64,000 bases of DNA from Eledone cirrhosa (GCA_964016885.1 OZ024753.1:12834001-12898000), one strand, 5' to 3'. Counted from the first letter of the stretch, positions 15,801 through 30,497 are shown. Translations and numbers: made by a program. The notes: generated from the sequence alone by a model not told the origin.

Positions 15801-18800
15801 ATACAATAATCAATGGAAAGATCAATACACTCAGTTTCCTTTGTTTCAACCGGTCATGTGACACACGCCATTCTATTTGGTCGAAGGCACACACTCATGA
15901 CAAAATATCCCCCGGCGTTGATTGATCACCAGTTATTATATTCTCTTAAGGAATGCAAACAAAATTGTTTTATCCAGTGTGAAATAATATTATATGACAG
16001 TGAAAGGGATGGGGTCATCTGCGGGGGAAATTCTTAAAAATAAAAAAAAATAAACATGTAAAATAATTTTGTCTTTTGCTTGTAAGATTGATTATAAAAT
16101 GTCTACGTCAATGATGTAGTAGAGCTATTCAGCATACGCTAACATCATATATATTATAGCAACATGTGTTATATTTCAGTGGAAACGGAGTTGGGTTTAT
16201 AAAATATTGAGGCTGCAACAAACATGATATGGTTTAAAGAAAAACGCAACAATAGAAATAAATGTAGACCAGATAATTGAAAAAGAAACGAGAAAGCACC
16301 AAGTGGAAAGCATGGGAATAACTTGGAGAAAAAATATTCTTACAGTAGTTATCAGTACTGACACGCATCATTCAACAACAAACAGGAATCAAATGAATGT
16401 TCAAATAAATGTCGATGAAAACTGGAGTAGAGATTAAACGAAGGACATACATATTTATATCTAAATTCGACTTAAAAGGTTACATCTATCTAGACTACGA
16501 AAACAATGGGTGTGTAGAAGTAAAACCAAAGCTTGGTAATCTTCAAAGAAATATTACTGCAGAAATAAAGAAAATGCTATAAACCAGTAGAAATTGAAAC
16601 AAAAAAAAATACACATAAACCACACCTTATCTGAATTTCACCAAATTGAACTAATATTTATTTTCATCTGTGGGCAATCATACATTAAGAAAAATTATAA
16701 ACAACGTTTGTAAAAATGATAGAAGCTATATTTAAACAAAGAAAAACACGTTATTTTTAGAAAAAGAAAAAGAAGAAGAAAAAGAAAAAGAAAAAGAAAA
16801 AGAAAAAAAGAAAAAGAAAAAAAGAAAAAGAAAAAGAAAAAGAAGAAGAAGACGAAGAAGATATGCGACCCACAGATATCATTGGCAATTGGAAAGACAA
16901 ATGGAAACATTGTTTCCTCGGTCCGATTTGACGAGCTCCATGCCACTCTTTAAGTGAATGATGTCTTGGATTTTGTCGATATGACGTGTATTAAAGTCTA
17001 ATATATCTTAAGTGTTAAGTAACCTATAGTGATATTGTTCAAGTGTGTTCTTGTGTCACAGAGAATGGAGTTTATTTTACTTTTGTTAGACGACTATCTC
17101 CTCTTTCATACACATCAAGTTCGTTACATATTTATTATTTTCAAAGACCCAGTCAAAATGGCGTGATGATATTTAGTAACTATACTCCAATCTCCCTTGT
17201 CGTTACCAGAATACATAATGTAAGATTAGTCGTTGAATAATGAATACTTTTAGTAACTACAGTTTCATTTTATTAACTTTTGAATACTGAATGCATTACA
17301 TATGTTATTACAATATTTACTGGTAATATACATCTTTCCATACAATATTCCAAATTGCCATTGCTGTATGTTATTTTTCTATGACCGTTCTGCGTTAATA
17401 TACACTAGTATAATATTAATATATTTCTCTATTCAAAACTTTACATTTATCTTCGTATAAACTGACAGGTGAATTAAATTAACATGTCTATCTATTGTTT
17501 CAGACAAAGGGTCCGTAATACTGGGTTGATATGGTCGATGACTTTACAATTTATACACCAGCGAGATACGTTATAGTAAATAACACTGCAATGATATTGG
17601 TAAACAGAATTATTCTAATGAAAATAAATCAAATTGAACATGTCTGTGTTTGCATTCTTATATTCTTTACTGATGCGCTTCAATACATACCTAGTGATTA
17701 GAATTATCGATCGTAATCAATATATCATATTAAACAACTGGCTAAAATAGTCAGTTATGCGTATAGTATTAAATACTCAGCTACTTCACTGTATACAATA
17801 CATTAGAGAGACTGCAAACCCTATATGAACAGGCACAATATAACCTTTCTAAATATCTAATTAAATTGTCAGCGTAGTAATTCGTGATGTTTGTGTGGTA
17901 AATCTGTGTTGTGTGTGTGTGCGTGTGTGTGTGTGTTGTGTGTGTGTGTGTGAAAAGTAAATAGAAATAACAAAAAACAATCGGTACAGTATATGGAAGG
18001 GATAAATTAGGTTAACGCTTGATATAGCAGGACCCCCCGTGGCACGTTGGGTCACGTTCACTTTAAAAAAATATTTTTTAAAAATTCTTGTCACACGTAA
18101 AAATAATTTTTGATGATACTTGAATATAAGGTAAAATGCCTTTCAATTTACTCAGTCACAACCACTATTACTTTCTCTCTGTCTTTCTATCTCGCTATTT
18201 ATGAAGGTAGCGGAAAAAGCCCATATCCCTGTAATCCGTGCTCCGATTGACGCGAAACTTGTATTCCAATTGTATTCTGATATCAGGGTCAACTTCCTTT
18301 CAAAGTATTTTCCTATTGTGCGTCGTCTTGGCTGTTTTACATTACAGACAAGCAAACAAGCAATCACAGTTTTAGTAGTACATAGATAGATAATTAGCTT
18401 TTAAGAGGAAAGGAGCGCATTCATCATTTGAAATAGGTGGGATGGAAAGGCGGAGGTGGCATTTTCAAGGCGAAATGATTGCAAATGAGAGGCCTGCTGG
18501 TGTTGGTAAAATAGAATGCAGTTTAAGATTTGCCACTGCCAGATTTATAATCAGAAAGCAAGAATCCCCACCTCCCAATAGGCCCAGGCTATCAATGCTT
18601 CCGCCATTGCATAGGTTTTGTTTAACAGGTTATCTATGTACATCGAAATGATAAACGGAAAATAAGACTGTTGCCAGACTATGTCTCAAGCACATAGTGT
18701 CGGATTAAATACTGCCAAGTCCTTATCATTAACGGTTCTGCTCATTTAGTCGCAGCGGAATTGGAACTGAAATAACTCGGACAAACCATACAACTCATCT

Positions 18801-19304
18801 CATCCGACGCTGTATAAATTCTGCATATCCAACTGGTTGGTTTCGTGACTTCTAGACAGGTTGTTGGCCTTCCGCAGAATAGTCGGATGGTGGGGCTGCC
18901 ATATTGGTGCCGACCTGACACACCGTGGATCACTAATGTTATGGAACCTGAAGCGAGGCCGGCCCGCCTGAGGTGGTCCCACCAGGAGCAGAACTCCAGA
19001 CGGTCCAGATAGTAACAACCTCTCAGATTTATGGAACACATAGATCTCCTTGCCGCCATGACAAGGCCAGGTCCATAGAACTAGTTTATTATCATATTGA
19101 CAACGGACGTTTGACAGGAAATGTAGATCCCCCCCCCCCCGCCAGCTATATTTAAACATAATGCAGAACGCCTGAAAGTTATCTGAAAACCTGCTCAAAC
19201 AAATTCATTTGATTCGTCGCCCATATTCACTCTATTAATGTTACTCACTCAATTGTTGAATTACTGATTTGCGTTTTATTTTGAAATCAGATTGATCACA
19301 TTAT

Positions 19305-19435
19305 ACGGCCCTTTATGATCTGAGTTCAAATCCCGCCGTGGTTAACCCACCTTTCATCCTTACGTGGTCGATAAAATAAAGTAGCAGTATACACTGGGAT
19401 ATTTGCTGGCCTTGTGCCAAAAGTAGAAACAATTA
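19305..19435 (+). mobile_element. 5'-truncated tRNA-SINE
   Basis: B box, central domain and GGCCTTGTGCCAAAAGTAGAAAC end. Confidence 0.8.
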
Positions 19436-20373
19436 TATTCAAAATATATTAAACCAAGTGGGGATTCCTAGCAGAGTGGAATAATATTAGAATATATAAA
19501 TATGAATATTTTGATTGGTAATACAGGCAGTTGTGGATAAAAAATTAATGTAATTAACCCCTTGATTCTATATCACATTTAGAAGTCATTAAGAATGGTT
19601 TAATATGGCAAAACAATAAATAACGGGGGAAGGAGAGCGAGTGACACACTCTACACCTTGGTCAGTCTCTTACCTTACATTAAATTGAAAACTATCTCTA
19701 AATTAGAAATAACACATCTACATTTTAAACACTTTAACATTGTTCCAACGGCACGAATTAGAAGAATCGGTAGAACAAGTCTTTAAATGAACTGAAGAAT
19801 TTGTTTGACCGATCTGAATACAAATAACAGAAATCTGAACAGTTATATTGTTACATTGTAAATGTTAAATATGGATGAAGCTGTATTGAGTATGATTGGT
19901 TTTCACTCAATCACAATCTCTATGTGTATTTATATATTTATTTTATATATATTCAAACATATATGTATCTCTCTCTCTCTCTCTCTCTCTTTCAATTTAT
20001 AAATCATTAGTAATTGTCCTTGCGTTTGTGTCTTCCCATGTTTTCACCGACGTTTTATAAATAAAATTTATTGGTAATCACATAGCCTCATGTTTAATTT
20101 TCTTTGTCTCTCTCTTTCTCTCTCTCCCTGGAGTGTGTAAACAAGATAAAGAGGGAGCTTTGTCGTAATGAGTCACGATTATTCTGCCCGAAAGTTGGGT
20201 TAAGTTTATAACTTAAGTGAAACTTAACCACGTGCACATCAAATATAAATCTAAATATTCAGTAATCGAACAACCAAATATCCTATAACTAGTTCGATTA
20301 AGCTTATCTGTATTTTTTTTTTTACATTTATCAAATCTTCGTTTCCTCTCTCTTTCTCTCTCATACACATGCA

Positions 20374-20414
<41 letters not shown>

Positions 20415-20423
<9 letters not shown>

Positions 20424-20746
20424 AAAGTAAGTCCATAGAATTATTTGATAAAATATATACACTATTTCTTCTCCCAATCAGCATAATTAACCACACATAT
20501 AGACATATAGTTGGCTATATGACCAATCAATTTCTACGGGCTATTAGAAATACTGGGTAAATCTTCGGTGGCTGTTGATCGTGGATAAAATAGCTATCAT
20601 TTATTTATCAATTGTTTCTTCATAGGTACATTTTAAACTTATAGCCTCGTTTAATTGATTTTTTGTGTGGTTAATTATGCTGATTGGGAGAAGAAATACT
20701 GTATATATTTTATCAAATGATTCTATGGACTTACTTTCTTATATAT
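20415..20746. repeat. ~83-bp inverted repeat with ~165-bp spacer next to (TA)n; probable fold-back Penelope relic
   Basis: 20415-20497 is the reverse complement of 20664-20746 with few mismatches. Confidence 0.75.
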
Positions 20747-20957
20747 TGCTCTGATTGTTGATTATTTAATTAATTAATTCGTCATTGAGCCACACCGTGA
20801 ATGGTTGCCAAAAACAAATATAGGTATCTATGGATCTGTCTAGTTTATGTATATGTAAATCTATAAATTTTATAAATAAATATATATAGATATATATAGA
20901 TATATATATATATGATATATATAGATATATATATAGATGCAGATAAAAACATATACA

Positions 20958-21160
20958 TAACAAAGATGGTGTGATAGGATATCAGGTGGACCCAAACAGA
21001 CCATAGTATTCAATACTTAGGATAGTAGTGCGGATAATAGGAAAACAGTCAGGACTACGAAGGGTGAGATCCGGTCGTTACGACAGCTAGATCCGAACAG
21101 CTCGGAACTAACTGTCAAAATGGCCGGAGCTCAGCCGCCTGGGTCCTGACTGTTTTCCTA
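20958..21160. mobile_element. Diverged fold-back copy of the 63267-63462 family
   Basis: TAGGAAAACAGTCAGGAC / GTCCTGACTGTTTTCCTA arms with an imperfect hairpin between them; the long extension is on the left. Confidence 0.65.
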
Positions 21161-21232
21161 TATATTAATATATATATATGTAAGTATGTATGTATAAGTA
21201 CATACATATATGTATACAGACGTACAGTAGCA

Positions 21233-21292
<60 letters not shown>

Positions 21293-21622
21293 TATACACA
21301 TATGCATACAGGTACACATACATATATGCACGCATCAGTTTAGCCGACGTTTATTATAACGCCGGCCGCTTTGTTCGTTTGTTTGTCAACAAAGCGAACA
21401 GCCTGAATTTATGCCATACGGTGTTAAGGCAACCACGTCACCTTTTTGTTCAACACTGACACAGGAACGATGTACTAGTTTCAAGCTTGTTAGCTATCAT
21501 CAGCACCGTTTACCCATCTGCCAGATAGTTGAACGTTCGAAAGTATATACTTTCCTTATGAAAATTAACGGCTGTAAGTGCCATACTAAGAGTGAGAAAT
21601 GAAATTTCGTTTTCATTTTTTT

Positions 21623-21656
<34 letters not shown>

Positions 21657-22283
21657 AATATCAGTATGGCCGATAGAATAAAGCAGAATTCATTAACGCA
21701 AGGTAGAATGCCTTGTGATAAGAGAACGAAATACGCTGATAGGAAATACATATCATAAACGAACGAACAAACTTAGGGCTATATTGCTTTGTATTTATTC
21801 TCAAACTCCTGGCGCCTACATTGCGTTTCATATCAGGAAATCAGTCTCAATTCGAAGCACTAGTATCTACATAGTTCAGACTAAATGAATGGCCTCCAGC
21901 CAACGATATAAATCATAATATCTGTTATTGTTGTAAATATAAAATATCGTCATATTTAATGTTTGTTATATTTATACTATTAGTAAGTAATGTTCTCTGT
22001 TATGAGGTTTTGGAATATTCGATTTATTCCATTGAGAGCGATGTTGACATGTAGATGAAATATGAATGAAATATTCGATCCAGTCATAAATATTAAACAT
22101 CAAATAACCCTCATCTCTTCAACAATGACACACACTTATTGCATTTAGCTTGGCAGTAGAAATTCAATAATAAATTAAACTCTTAGTAGTACAAGCCGAC
22201 TAAAGATTATTTTTTGGCTTTTGGATGAGATGCATATAAAAACATATACAGACGTATACACACACCTATATACAGAATATACA

Positions 22284-22342
22284 AAGATATGAAATTGTTT
22301 TCCCCAAGACATTCCTAAAAATGCTTATACTTCAGATATTTT
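22284..22342 (-). ncRNA. Degenerate hammerhead-like motif (A9>U)
   Basis: ATAT-CTGAAGT-ATAAGCATTT TTAG GAATGTCTTGGG-GAAA-ACAATT-TC-ATAT; stems form but the core is mutated. Confidence 0.4.
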
Positions 22343-22360
22343 CTCGAAATGAGCATTAGG

Positions 22361-22405
<45 letters not shown>

Positions 22406-22411
<6 letters not shown>

Positions 22412-22666
22412 ATACTTGGGGAGGGTCATATTTGTGTAATATTGCCAGAATTAATAACAGAACACACTCACTTTTTGGTTGGTTTTCGCTTCTCGCTTCT
22501 GTGTCTTTTATATCGGTAATCTAACATACTCGGTCCTCAATGTTGCCATTGACTGACCGACGGTCAAAAATAATACAGATACAATATAGACACAAACACA
22601 CATATATAGTTTATCATAAATCTTTCGTTGCACATCTGCCAAAAAAAGAAAGATCTCGCAAAACTA
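22406..22666 (-). mobile_element. Penelope pLTR fragment, same family as 34293-36835
   Basis: High identity to 34336-34572, followed by an oppositely oriented terminal CTCGCAAAACTA. Confidence 0.85.
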
Positions 22667-22849
22667 TATATATATATATAAGGGATAACAAAATATCGTT
22701 ATAGGTAATCCAGTTAGAGATTGTGAATACTCCGTATTGTGGATAGTTTTAGCGTACGGTGTTGTTTGACTCAACAAGAGGTTTCCATAGGTGGCGAGTT
22801 TGTGAGTTCTCTTGAATTCCTATCTAAGTTTATCGTGGAGTAATAATAT

Positions 22850-23010
22850 TTGTTTCTACTATTGGCACAAGGCCAGAAATTATCCCAGTACATTACTGTT
22901 ACTTTATTTTATCGACCCCGTAAGGATGAAAGGCAAAGTTAACCTCGGCGGGATTTGAACTCACAATAGCAAGGGCCGTAACTCTATGCATCAAAGCATG
23001 GCGTCCGATC
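22850..23010 (-). mobile_element. tRNA-SINE
   Basis: Same family as 14213-14397; flanked by a direct repeat TGGAGTAATAATATT. Confidence 0.85.
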
Positions 23011-23134
23011 CACCGCCATATCTTGGAGTAATAATATTGAAAGAGTGAAGAATAACATGGTCAACAGTACATAATTCTTCACTCTTTATATATATATATA
23101 TACATATATATAAATATATATGATGGCTGCAAAC

Positions 23135-23588
23135 TCTGGTAAGAGTATTGCAATTGCTTGTCAGATTATAGAGTTTGGTGCACCTTTAAGCTACACCCAG
23201 CCAACGAAAGTGTAGCATATCCTGAACAAGCAATGCCTGTACTTTGAATGTTTTTTAAGTGGGGAAAGGTCTTGCACTCGACTGATTCTACTCTCTGAGC
23301 ACCGAAAACACTACCCAACAAGGAGAAGTGGTCAACATCATCGGACGCTGCCGAAGCCACGGGGTTTATTTTTCAGAGTTTTCCTCTCTTAGAAAGATGT
23401 TGTGTCAACAACTGGGGGAAGGGGGGGGGGCTCACTCCCAGGTGAAAAAAAAAAACAACTACTAATTGGATGGCCGTTCACTCTGCTAAGTTCCACCGCC
23501 CTTCGCCGTATCTTGTATTTCATCCCGTAGAGTGTCCAAATATCACCCTCCTCAGCAGGCTAGCTTGATGGGATTGCCGGTTTAGTCG

Positions 23589-23592
<4 letters not shown>
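23135..23592 (-). mobile_element. Diverged relative of the RTE-derived non-autonomous element
   Basis: GTCAACATCATCGGA...CAGAGTTTTCCT...TTGGATGGCC...TTGCCGGTTTAGTCGC is collinear with 27270-27501. Confidence 0.65.
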
Positions 23593-23630
<38 letters not shown>

Positions 23631-23774
23631 CTTATACAGAGAGAGAGAGAATCTCATTTGGTGATTAATCTCATATCAATATAAAGCTGTATAATCACCT
23701 CATTTACACAGACGAGAAAACTATATATTCTCGTCTGTTTTCAAAGTCCAATAGTTGCAAGAGCGGAAGGGATG

Positions 23775-23812
23775 GTCCTGATGAGGACCCGTTCAGTTCG
23801 AAATGCATCGAC
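23775..23812 (+). ncRNA. Minimal type I hammerhead ribozyme (family 2)
   Basis: GTC-CTGATGA-GGAC CCGTTCA GTTC-GAAA-TGCA-TC-GAC; palindromic stem III ATGCAT, AUC cleavage site. Confidence 0.7.
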
Positions 23813-23924
23813 AATTGTCCTCCTTGCTTCTGCTGGTCATTACCAAGTGACAATAGCTGCCAGTGTTTTTGCATAGCTACGTCTTTCTAAATGTTTATTT
23901 ATAAACATACGTATTTCTTTAGAA

Positions 23925-24105
23925 ATAATGGTTTCTACGTTAGGCACAAGGCCAGCAAATTAACCAGTTCATTACTGGTACTTTATTTTATCGACCCCGT
24001 AAGGATGAAAGGTAAAGTCAACCTCGGCGGGATTTGAACTCAGATCGTAAAGGGACGTAACTATGCTGCAAAGCATGGCGTTCGACCCTCTACTGATACT
24101 GCCAA
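23925..24105 (-). mobile_element. tRNA-SINE
   Basis: Full A box, B box and central domain. Confidence 0.88.
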
Positions 24106-24446
24106 TACATATCTGTATACAGCTATGCTCGAAGCTAAATTCTAATTCTATTCTATAATAAGTTGAGCCAACTTCATATAACAAAGTGTTGTAGTTTGCG
24201 TGAAGAATTGTGGAATAGGAAATTATTATGTGGAATAATATAAATTAAATTAAGTTTAAAAGCCTTACACTGCATACAAGACGCCAAGATAGCCTTAGTA
24301 AATTTAATTATCTCAAATATTTTCGTGTCTAAAACCACATTATCAGAGAATCCGTGTAACGGTCTTCAGCGATCAGTCGGAGATGAGTTATTGTTTGACT
24401 GGCAGATTTAATATGTGTGTATGTATGTGTGTGTGAGTGAGTGATA

Positions 24447-24486
<40 letters not shown>

Positions 24487-24742
24487 GAGTGAGTGAGGGT
24501 GTGCGTGTGTGCGTCAGTGTGTGAGTGAGTGAGGGAGTGAGTGAGGGTGTGCGTGTGTGCGTCAGTGTGTGAGTGAGTGAGGGAGTGAGTGAGGGTGTGC
24601 GTGTGTGCGTCAGTGTGCGTATAGGTGTGGTGTACGCGGAACCTGCCCTGATATAAAACTGCCCAGTAGGCCATGTTTGTCATGACGGTATATCTCCGTC
24701 CCTTTCATCATTTGAGGGCTTGATTCATACATATATACATAT

Positions 24743-24794
<52 letters not shown>

Positions 24795-24796
<2 letters not shown>

Positions 24797-24868
24797 TTGG
24801 TTCCTTTGCCGGTTTCGCAGTTCTGCTTTTCAAAAGTAGAGTTGAGATGGAGGGTCTGTGATTTCTCT

Positions 24869-24926
<58 letters not shown>

Positions 24927-24947
24927 CATATATATATATACATATAC

Positions 24948-25026
<79 letters not shown>

Positions 25027-25103
25027 AGAAAAACCACAGACCCTCCATCTCAACTCTACTTTTGAAAAGCAGAAGAACTGCGAAACCGCTAAAGGGACCA
25101 AAT
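24795..25103. mobile_element. Fold-back element with a microsatellite spacer; each arm has a hammerhead-like motif
   Basis: ~24795-24880 is the reverse complement of ~25010-25103. A relative lies at ~62285-62385. Confidence 0.75.
25056..25097 (+). ncRNA. Hammerhead with U3-A8 core (family 3); mirror copy at 24803-24839 on the minus strand
   Basis: CTT-TTGAAAA-GCAG AAGAA CTGC-GAAA-CCGC-TA-AAG. Confidence 0.6.
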
Positions 25104-25131
25104 ATATATATGTATATATATATACATACAC

Positions 25132-25232
<101 letters not shown>

Positions 25233-25241
25233 TATACATAC

Positions 25242-25287
<46 letters not shown>

Positions 25288-25319
25288 ACATACATATATA
25301 TATACATATATATATATAT

Positions 25320-25411
<92 letters not shown>

Positions 25412-26180
25412 TTAATACAATAACAGAGGAAGCTTTAAGCTAAACTCCGACTGGTAACCATCTCACTTAACAAACATTAGGATATACGTTAGTATAATCC
25501 CAATTTTGTGTTTGGGGTGCTAACTATATGTATTTTGTGGAAAGCCAGTTGTATTATTTTATATGAGATATAATTAAAATTAAAATATATCTCTCTTTCC
25601 AAACAATTGTTTCATTATAAGTTTTCTACAAGTTGGGAGAATGTTTCCAGGTTATGTAGAAGCCTAACATATTTTCCTGTAAGAATATATGTAGGTGGCA
25701 CTTATAAATCATCAGTGGATGACCATTAAACTTGATATAAGAAAAAATTTCTTACCGCAGTTATTTTTCGTGTCCGCTAAGTCATCCCTTCAGGCATCGA
25801 ATGACCGCCAGATTTGAAATTCCAGCAGACTTTAGACTGAGGAAATATCATAGCGCCACGAAGCGGAAAAGGGAGACAATCGCGAGTCACAAGAAAAGTA
25901 AAATAATATACACATGGTTTAATTATTTTTTTCAAAAACATTATCAAGCCTGCGTGTTAAAAACTCAATTAATTTTAAAAAAATAAATGTATGCATGTAT
26001 TAATTAGACACGCATATAGATATTTTCTTAGGCTAAAAACAGAGAAGTGATACCTAAATAACAAACAATACCTCATGACAGTAATAAATACGGAAAGTTA
26101 CGTTTAAAAGGCATCTGGAAATATAAATCTCTGGCCAAATTAAGAGTAAAATATATACATATATATATATATACATACAC

Positions 26181-26227
<47 letters not shown>

Positions 26228-26231
26228 CACA

Positions 26232-26267
<36 letters not shown>

Positions 26268-26274
26268 CATACAC

Positions 26275-26313
<39 letters not shown>

Positions 26314-26337
26314 TATATACATATACATGTGTATATA

Positions 26338-26371
<34 letters not shown>

Positions 26372-26632
26372 CATATATATATACATATACATATATATAT
26401 ACATATACATGTGTATATATATATACATATATATATATACATATATATATATACATATATATATATACATATATACATATATATACATATATACATATAT
26501 ACATATATACATATATATACATATATATATATACATATATACATATATACATATATATACATATATATATATACATATATACATATATATATATACATAT
26601 ATACATATATATACATATATACATATATATAC

Positions 26633-26683
<51 letters not shown>

Positions 26684-26684
26684 C

Positions 26685-26731
<47 letters not shown>

Positions 26732-26746
26732 CATATATATATATAC

Positions 26747-26795
<49 letters not shown>

Positions 26796-26796
26796 C

Positions 26797-26843
<47 letters not shown>

Positions 26844-26964
26844 CATATATATATATACATATATATATACACATATATATATACATATATATATACATAT
26901 ATATATATATACATATATATATATACATATATATATATACATATATATATATACATATATATAT

Positions 26965-27516
26965 GGTGGCTGCCAACTCGTTTTCGAGTACGGCCACTAC
27001 TTTACATCCATGTAGGAGAGCCCCCACCGATGCGCTGAACGAGTGTGACTTTTTAGTCCAGCCAGCCACCTGAAAACTCTGGTACAAACACTACACCTGT
27101 GACAATTATTGACACATAGTGCTGGGCCCATGGTACCATGTGACGACAAGTGCAGAGATCTCCAGATATAAAGCAATGCCTGTGCCGTGAAGCTTTTATA
27201 GTGAGCAAAGGCACTGCACAAAGCCAGTCCCACTCTCTTAACCAAGATGATATTTACCAAAAAGAAGAACAAGTCAACATCATTGGATACCATCAGGGTT
27301 GCAGGTGTTATATCAGAGTTTTCCTTCTCCTAGAATTCTGCCTTGACAAAGGCTAAGGGGTCATCTCTCCCGGTGATTTTGGATGGCCATTGACTCTTAA
27401 GAGCTCCTTTGCCCTTTGACAGGTTTTGTTTTTAGTCCTGCAGGATGTCCAAAGTCACCCTCCTCACCAAGAAACCTTGGTGGGGTTGCCAGTTTAGTCG
27501 CCAACGACCCGACCAT
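26965..27516 (-). mobile_element. Non-autonomous RTE-derived element, copy 1
   Basis: Minus strand carries an RTE-type 5'UTR motif CTAGGAGAAGGAAAACTCTGA and a remnant C-x2-C-x12-H finger ([17 protein letters not shown] in sister copies); its 3' end GCAGCCACC joins (AT)n. Confidence 0.75.
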
Positions 27517-27961
27517 ATATATATATACAGACATATATATACACATACATATATATATATATACAGACACATATATACACACACATATATATATATATAT
27601 ATATACAGACACATATATACACATACATATATACACATATATATACACAGACGTATACATACACATACATATATACACATATATATATACACACATACAC
27701 ATATACACATATATACACACATATACATACATATATATACACACATACATATATATACATACACATACATACACATATATACATACATATATATACATAC
27801 ATACATATACACATATACACATACATACACATACACATATATACACACACATACACATACATACACATATACATACATATATATATACATACACATATAC
27901 ACACACATACATATATATACATACACATATATACACACATATACACACACATATATATATA

Positions 27962-28172
27962 CATCATCATCAACGTTCAACGTCCGTGCCCCACGCCCGC
28001 ACGGGCCCGGACGGGGGCAGTCCCACTCGAGGCAAGAGCGACCGCCCCGCCCGCATAGGACCCCCTGGCAGGCCTCCCACAGCCGGATGCCCCCCCCAAC
28101 ACCAACCACACCCACAGCGTGGGGCTAGGAGGCCCCTACCGCGCTGCCCACACGGCCACACTACAGCGTCGA
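27962..28172 (-). mobile_element. Retroposon fragment with (GAT)n tail, extremely T-poor on the + strand
   Basis: (CAT)n then CGTTCAACGTCCG...GGATGCCC...AACACCAACCAC resembles a common RTE-tailed repeat (from recall); 16 T in 200 nt. Confidence 0.65.
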
Positions 28173-28974
28173 TATATATATAAGGACATGTATATATGTA
28201 TGTATACATACATACACATACATATACACACACATATACATATATATATATACATACATACATATATATATATACATACATACATACATATACATATACA
28301 TACACACATACACATATATACATACATACATATATATATATATACATACATATATACATACACATACATACATACATATACATACATACATATATATACA
28401 TACATACATACATATATATACATACATACATATATATACATACATACATACATACATACACATATACGTACATATATACATATACATACATACATACATA
28501 CATACACATACATACATACATATATATATATACGTACATACATACATATATATACGTACATATATACACACACATACATACATACATACATATACATACA
28601 TACACACATATACATACATACATACATATACATACATACATACACACATATACATACATACATATATATACGTACACATATATATATATATACGTACATA
28701 TATATATATATACATACATACATATATATATACATACATACATACACACATACACATACATACATACACACATATATATACATACATACACACATATATA
28801 TACATACATATATATATACACATATACATATACATACATATATATATATACATACATATACATATATATATATATACATACATATATACATATATATATA
28901 TACATACATATATACATATATATACATACATATACATACATATACATACACATATACATATACATATATACATA

Positions 28975-29008
<34 letters not shown>

Positions 29009-29815
29009 CACATACATATATACATACATATACATACATATATACATATATATATATACATACATATACACATATATATATACATACATATACATATATA
29101 TATATACATACATATACATATATATATATACATACATATACATATATATATATACATACATACATACATACACATATACATATATATATACACATATATA
29201 TATACATACATATATACATATATATATACATACATATATATATACACATATATACATACATACATAGATATATACATATACATACATATATATATATACA
29301 CATATATATATATATACATATATACATATATACATATATATATACATACACATACACACATATATACATATATATATACATACACATACATATATATATA
29401 CATATATATATACATACATATATATATACATACACATATATATAGATACACATATACATACATACATATATATATATATATACATATATATATACATACA
29501 TACATACATACACATATACATATATACACACATATATACATACATACATATACACACATATACATACACACATACATACACATATATATACACATATACA
29601 TATATATATACATATATACATACATATATATATACATACACATATACATATATATATACATATATACATATATATATATATACATACACATATACATACA
29701 TATATGCATACATATATACATACATACACATATGCATACACATATACATACATATATACATATACACATATACATACATATATATATATATACATACATA
29801 TATACATATATATAT

Positions 29816-29901
29816 GGTGGCTGCCAACTCGTTTTCGAGTACGGCCACTACTTTATATCCATATAGGAGAACCCCTACCGATGCGCTGAACGAGTGTGAC
29901 C
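29816..29901 (-). mobile_element. RTE-derived element, 3'-terminal fragment (copy 2)
   Basis: Near-identical to 26965-27049. Confidence 0.85.
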
Positions 29902-30099
29902 ATATATATATACATATATATATATATACATATATATATATACATATATATATATACATATATATATATACATATATATATATACATATATATATACATA
30001 TACATATATATATACATATATATATACATATATATATATACATATATATATATACATATACATATATATATACATATATATATACATATATATATATAC

Positions 30100-30144
<45 letters not shown>

Positions 30145-30497
30145 CATATATATATTTACATATATATATACATATATATACATACATATATATATATACA
30201 TATATATACATATATATATATATACATATATATATATACATATATATATATACATATATATATATACATATATATATATACATATATACATATATATATA
30301 TACATACATATATATATATATACATATATATATATACATATATATATATACATATATATATATACATATATATATATACATATATATATACACATATATA
30401 CATATACATATATATATATACATATATATATATACATATATATATACACATATATACATATATACACATATATACATATATATATATACATATATAC

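Noticed and set aside
19788-19850. CTGAAGA...GAAA motif
   Set aside because: Extra bases precede GAAA and stems I and III do not form.
20675-20712. CTGATTG...GAAA in the inverted arm
   Set aside because: Core and stem II are too degenerate to call.
26068-26110. CTCATGA...GAAA hammerhead-like motif
   Set aside because: Core G5 is mutated and there is no stem I.
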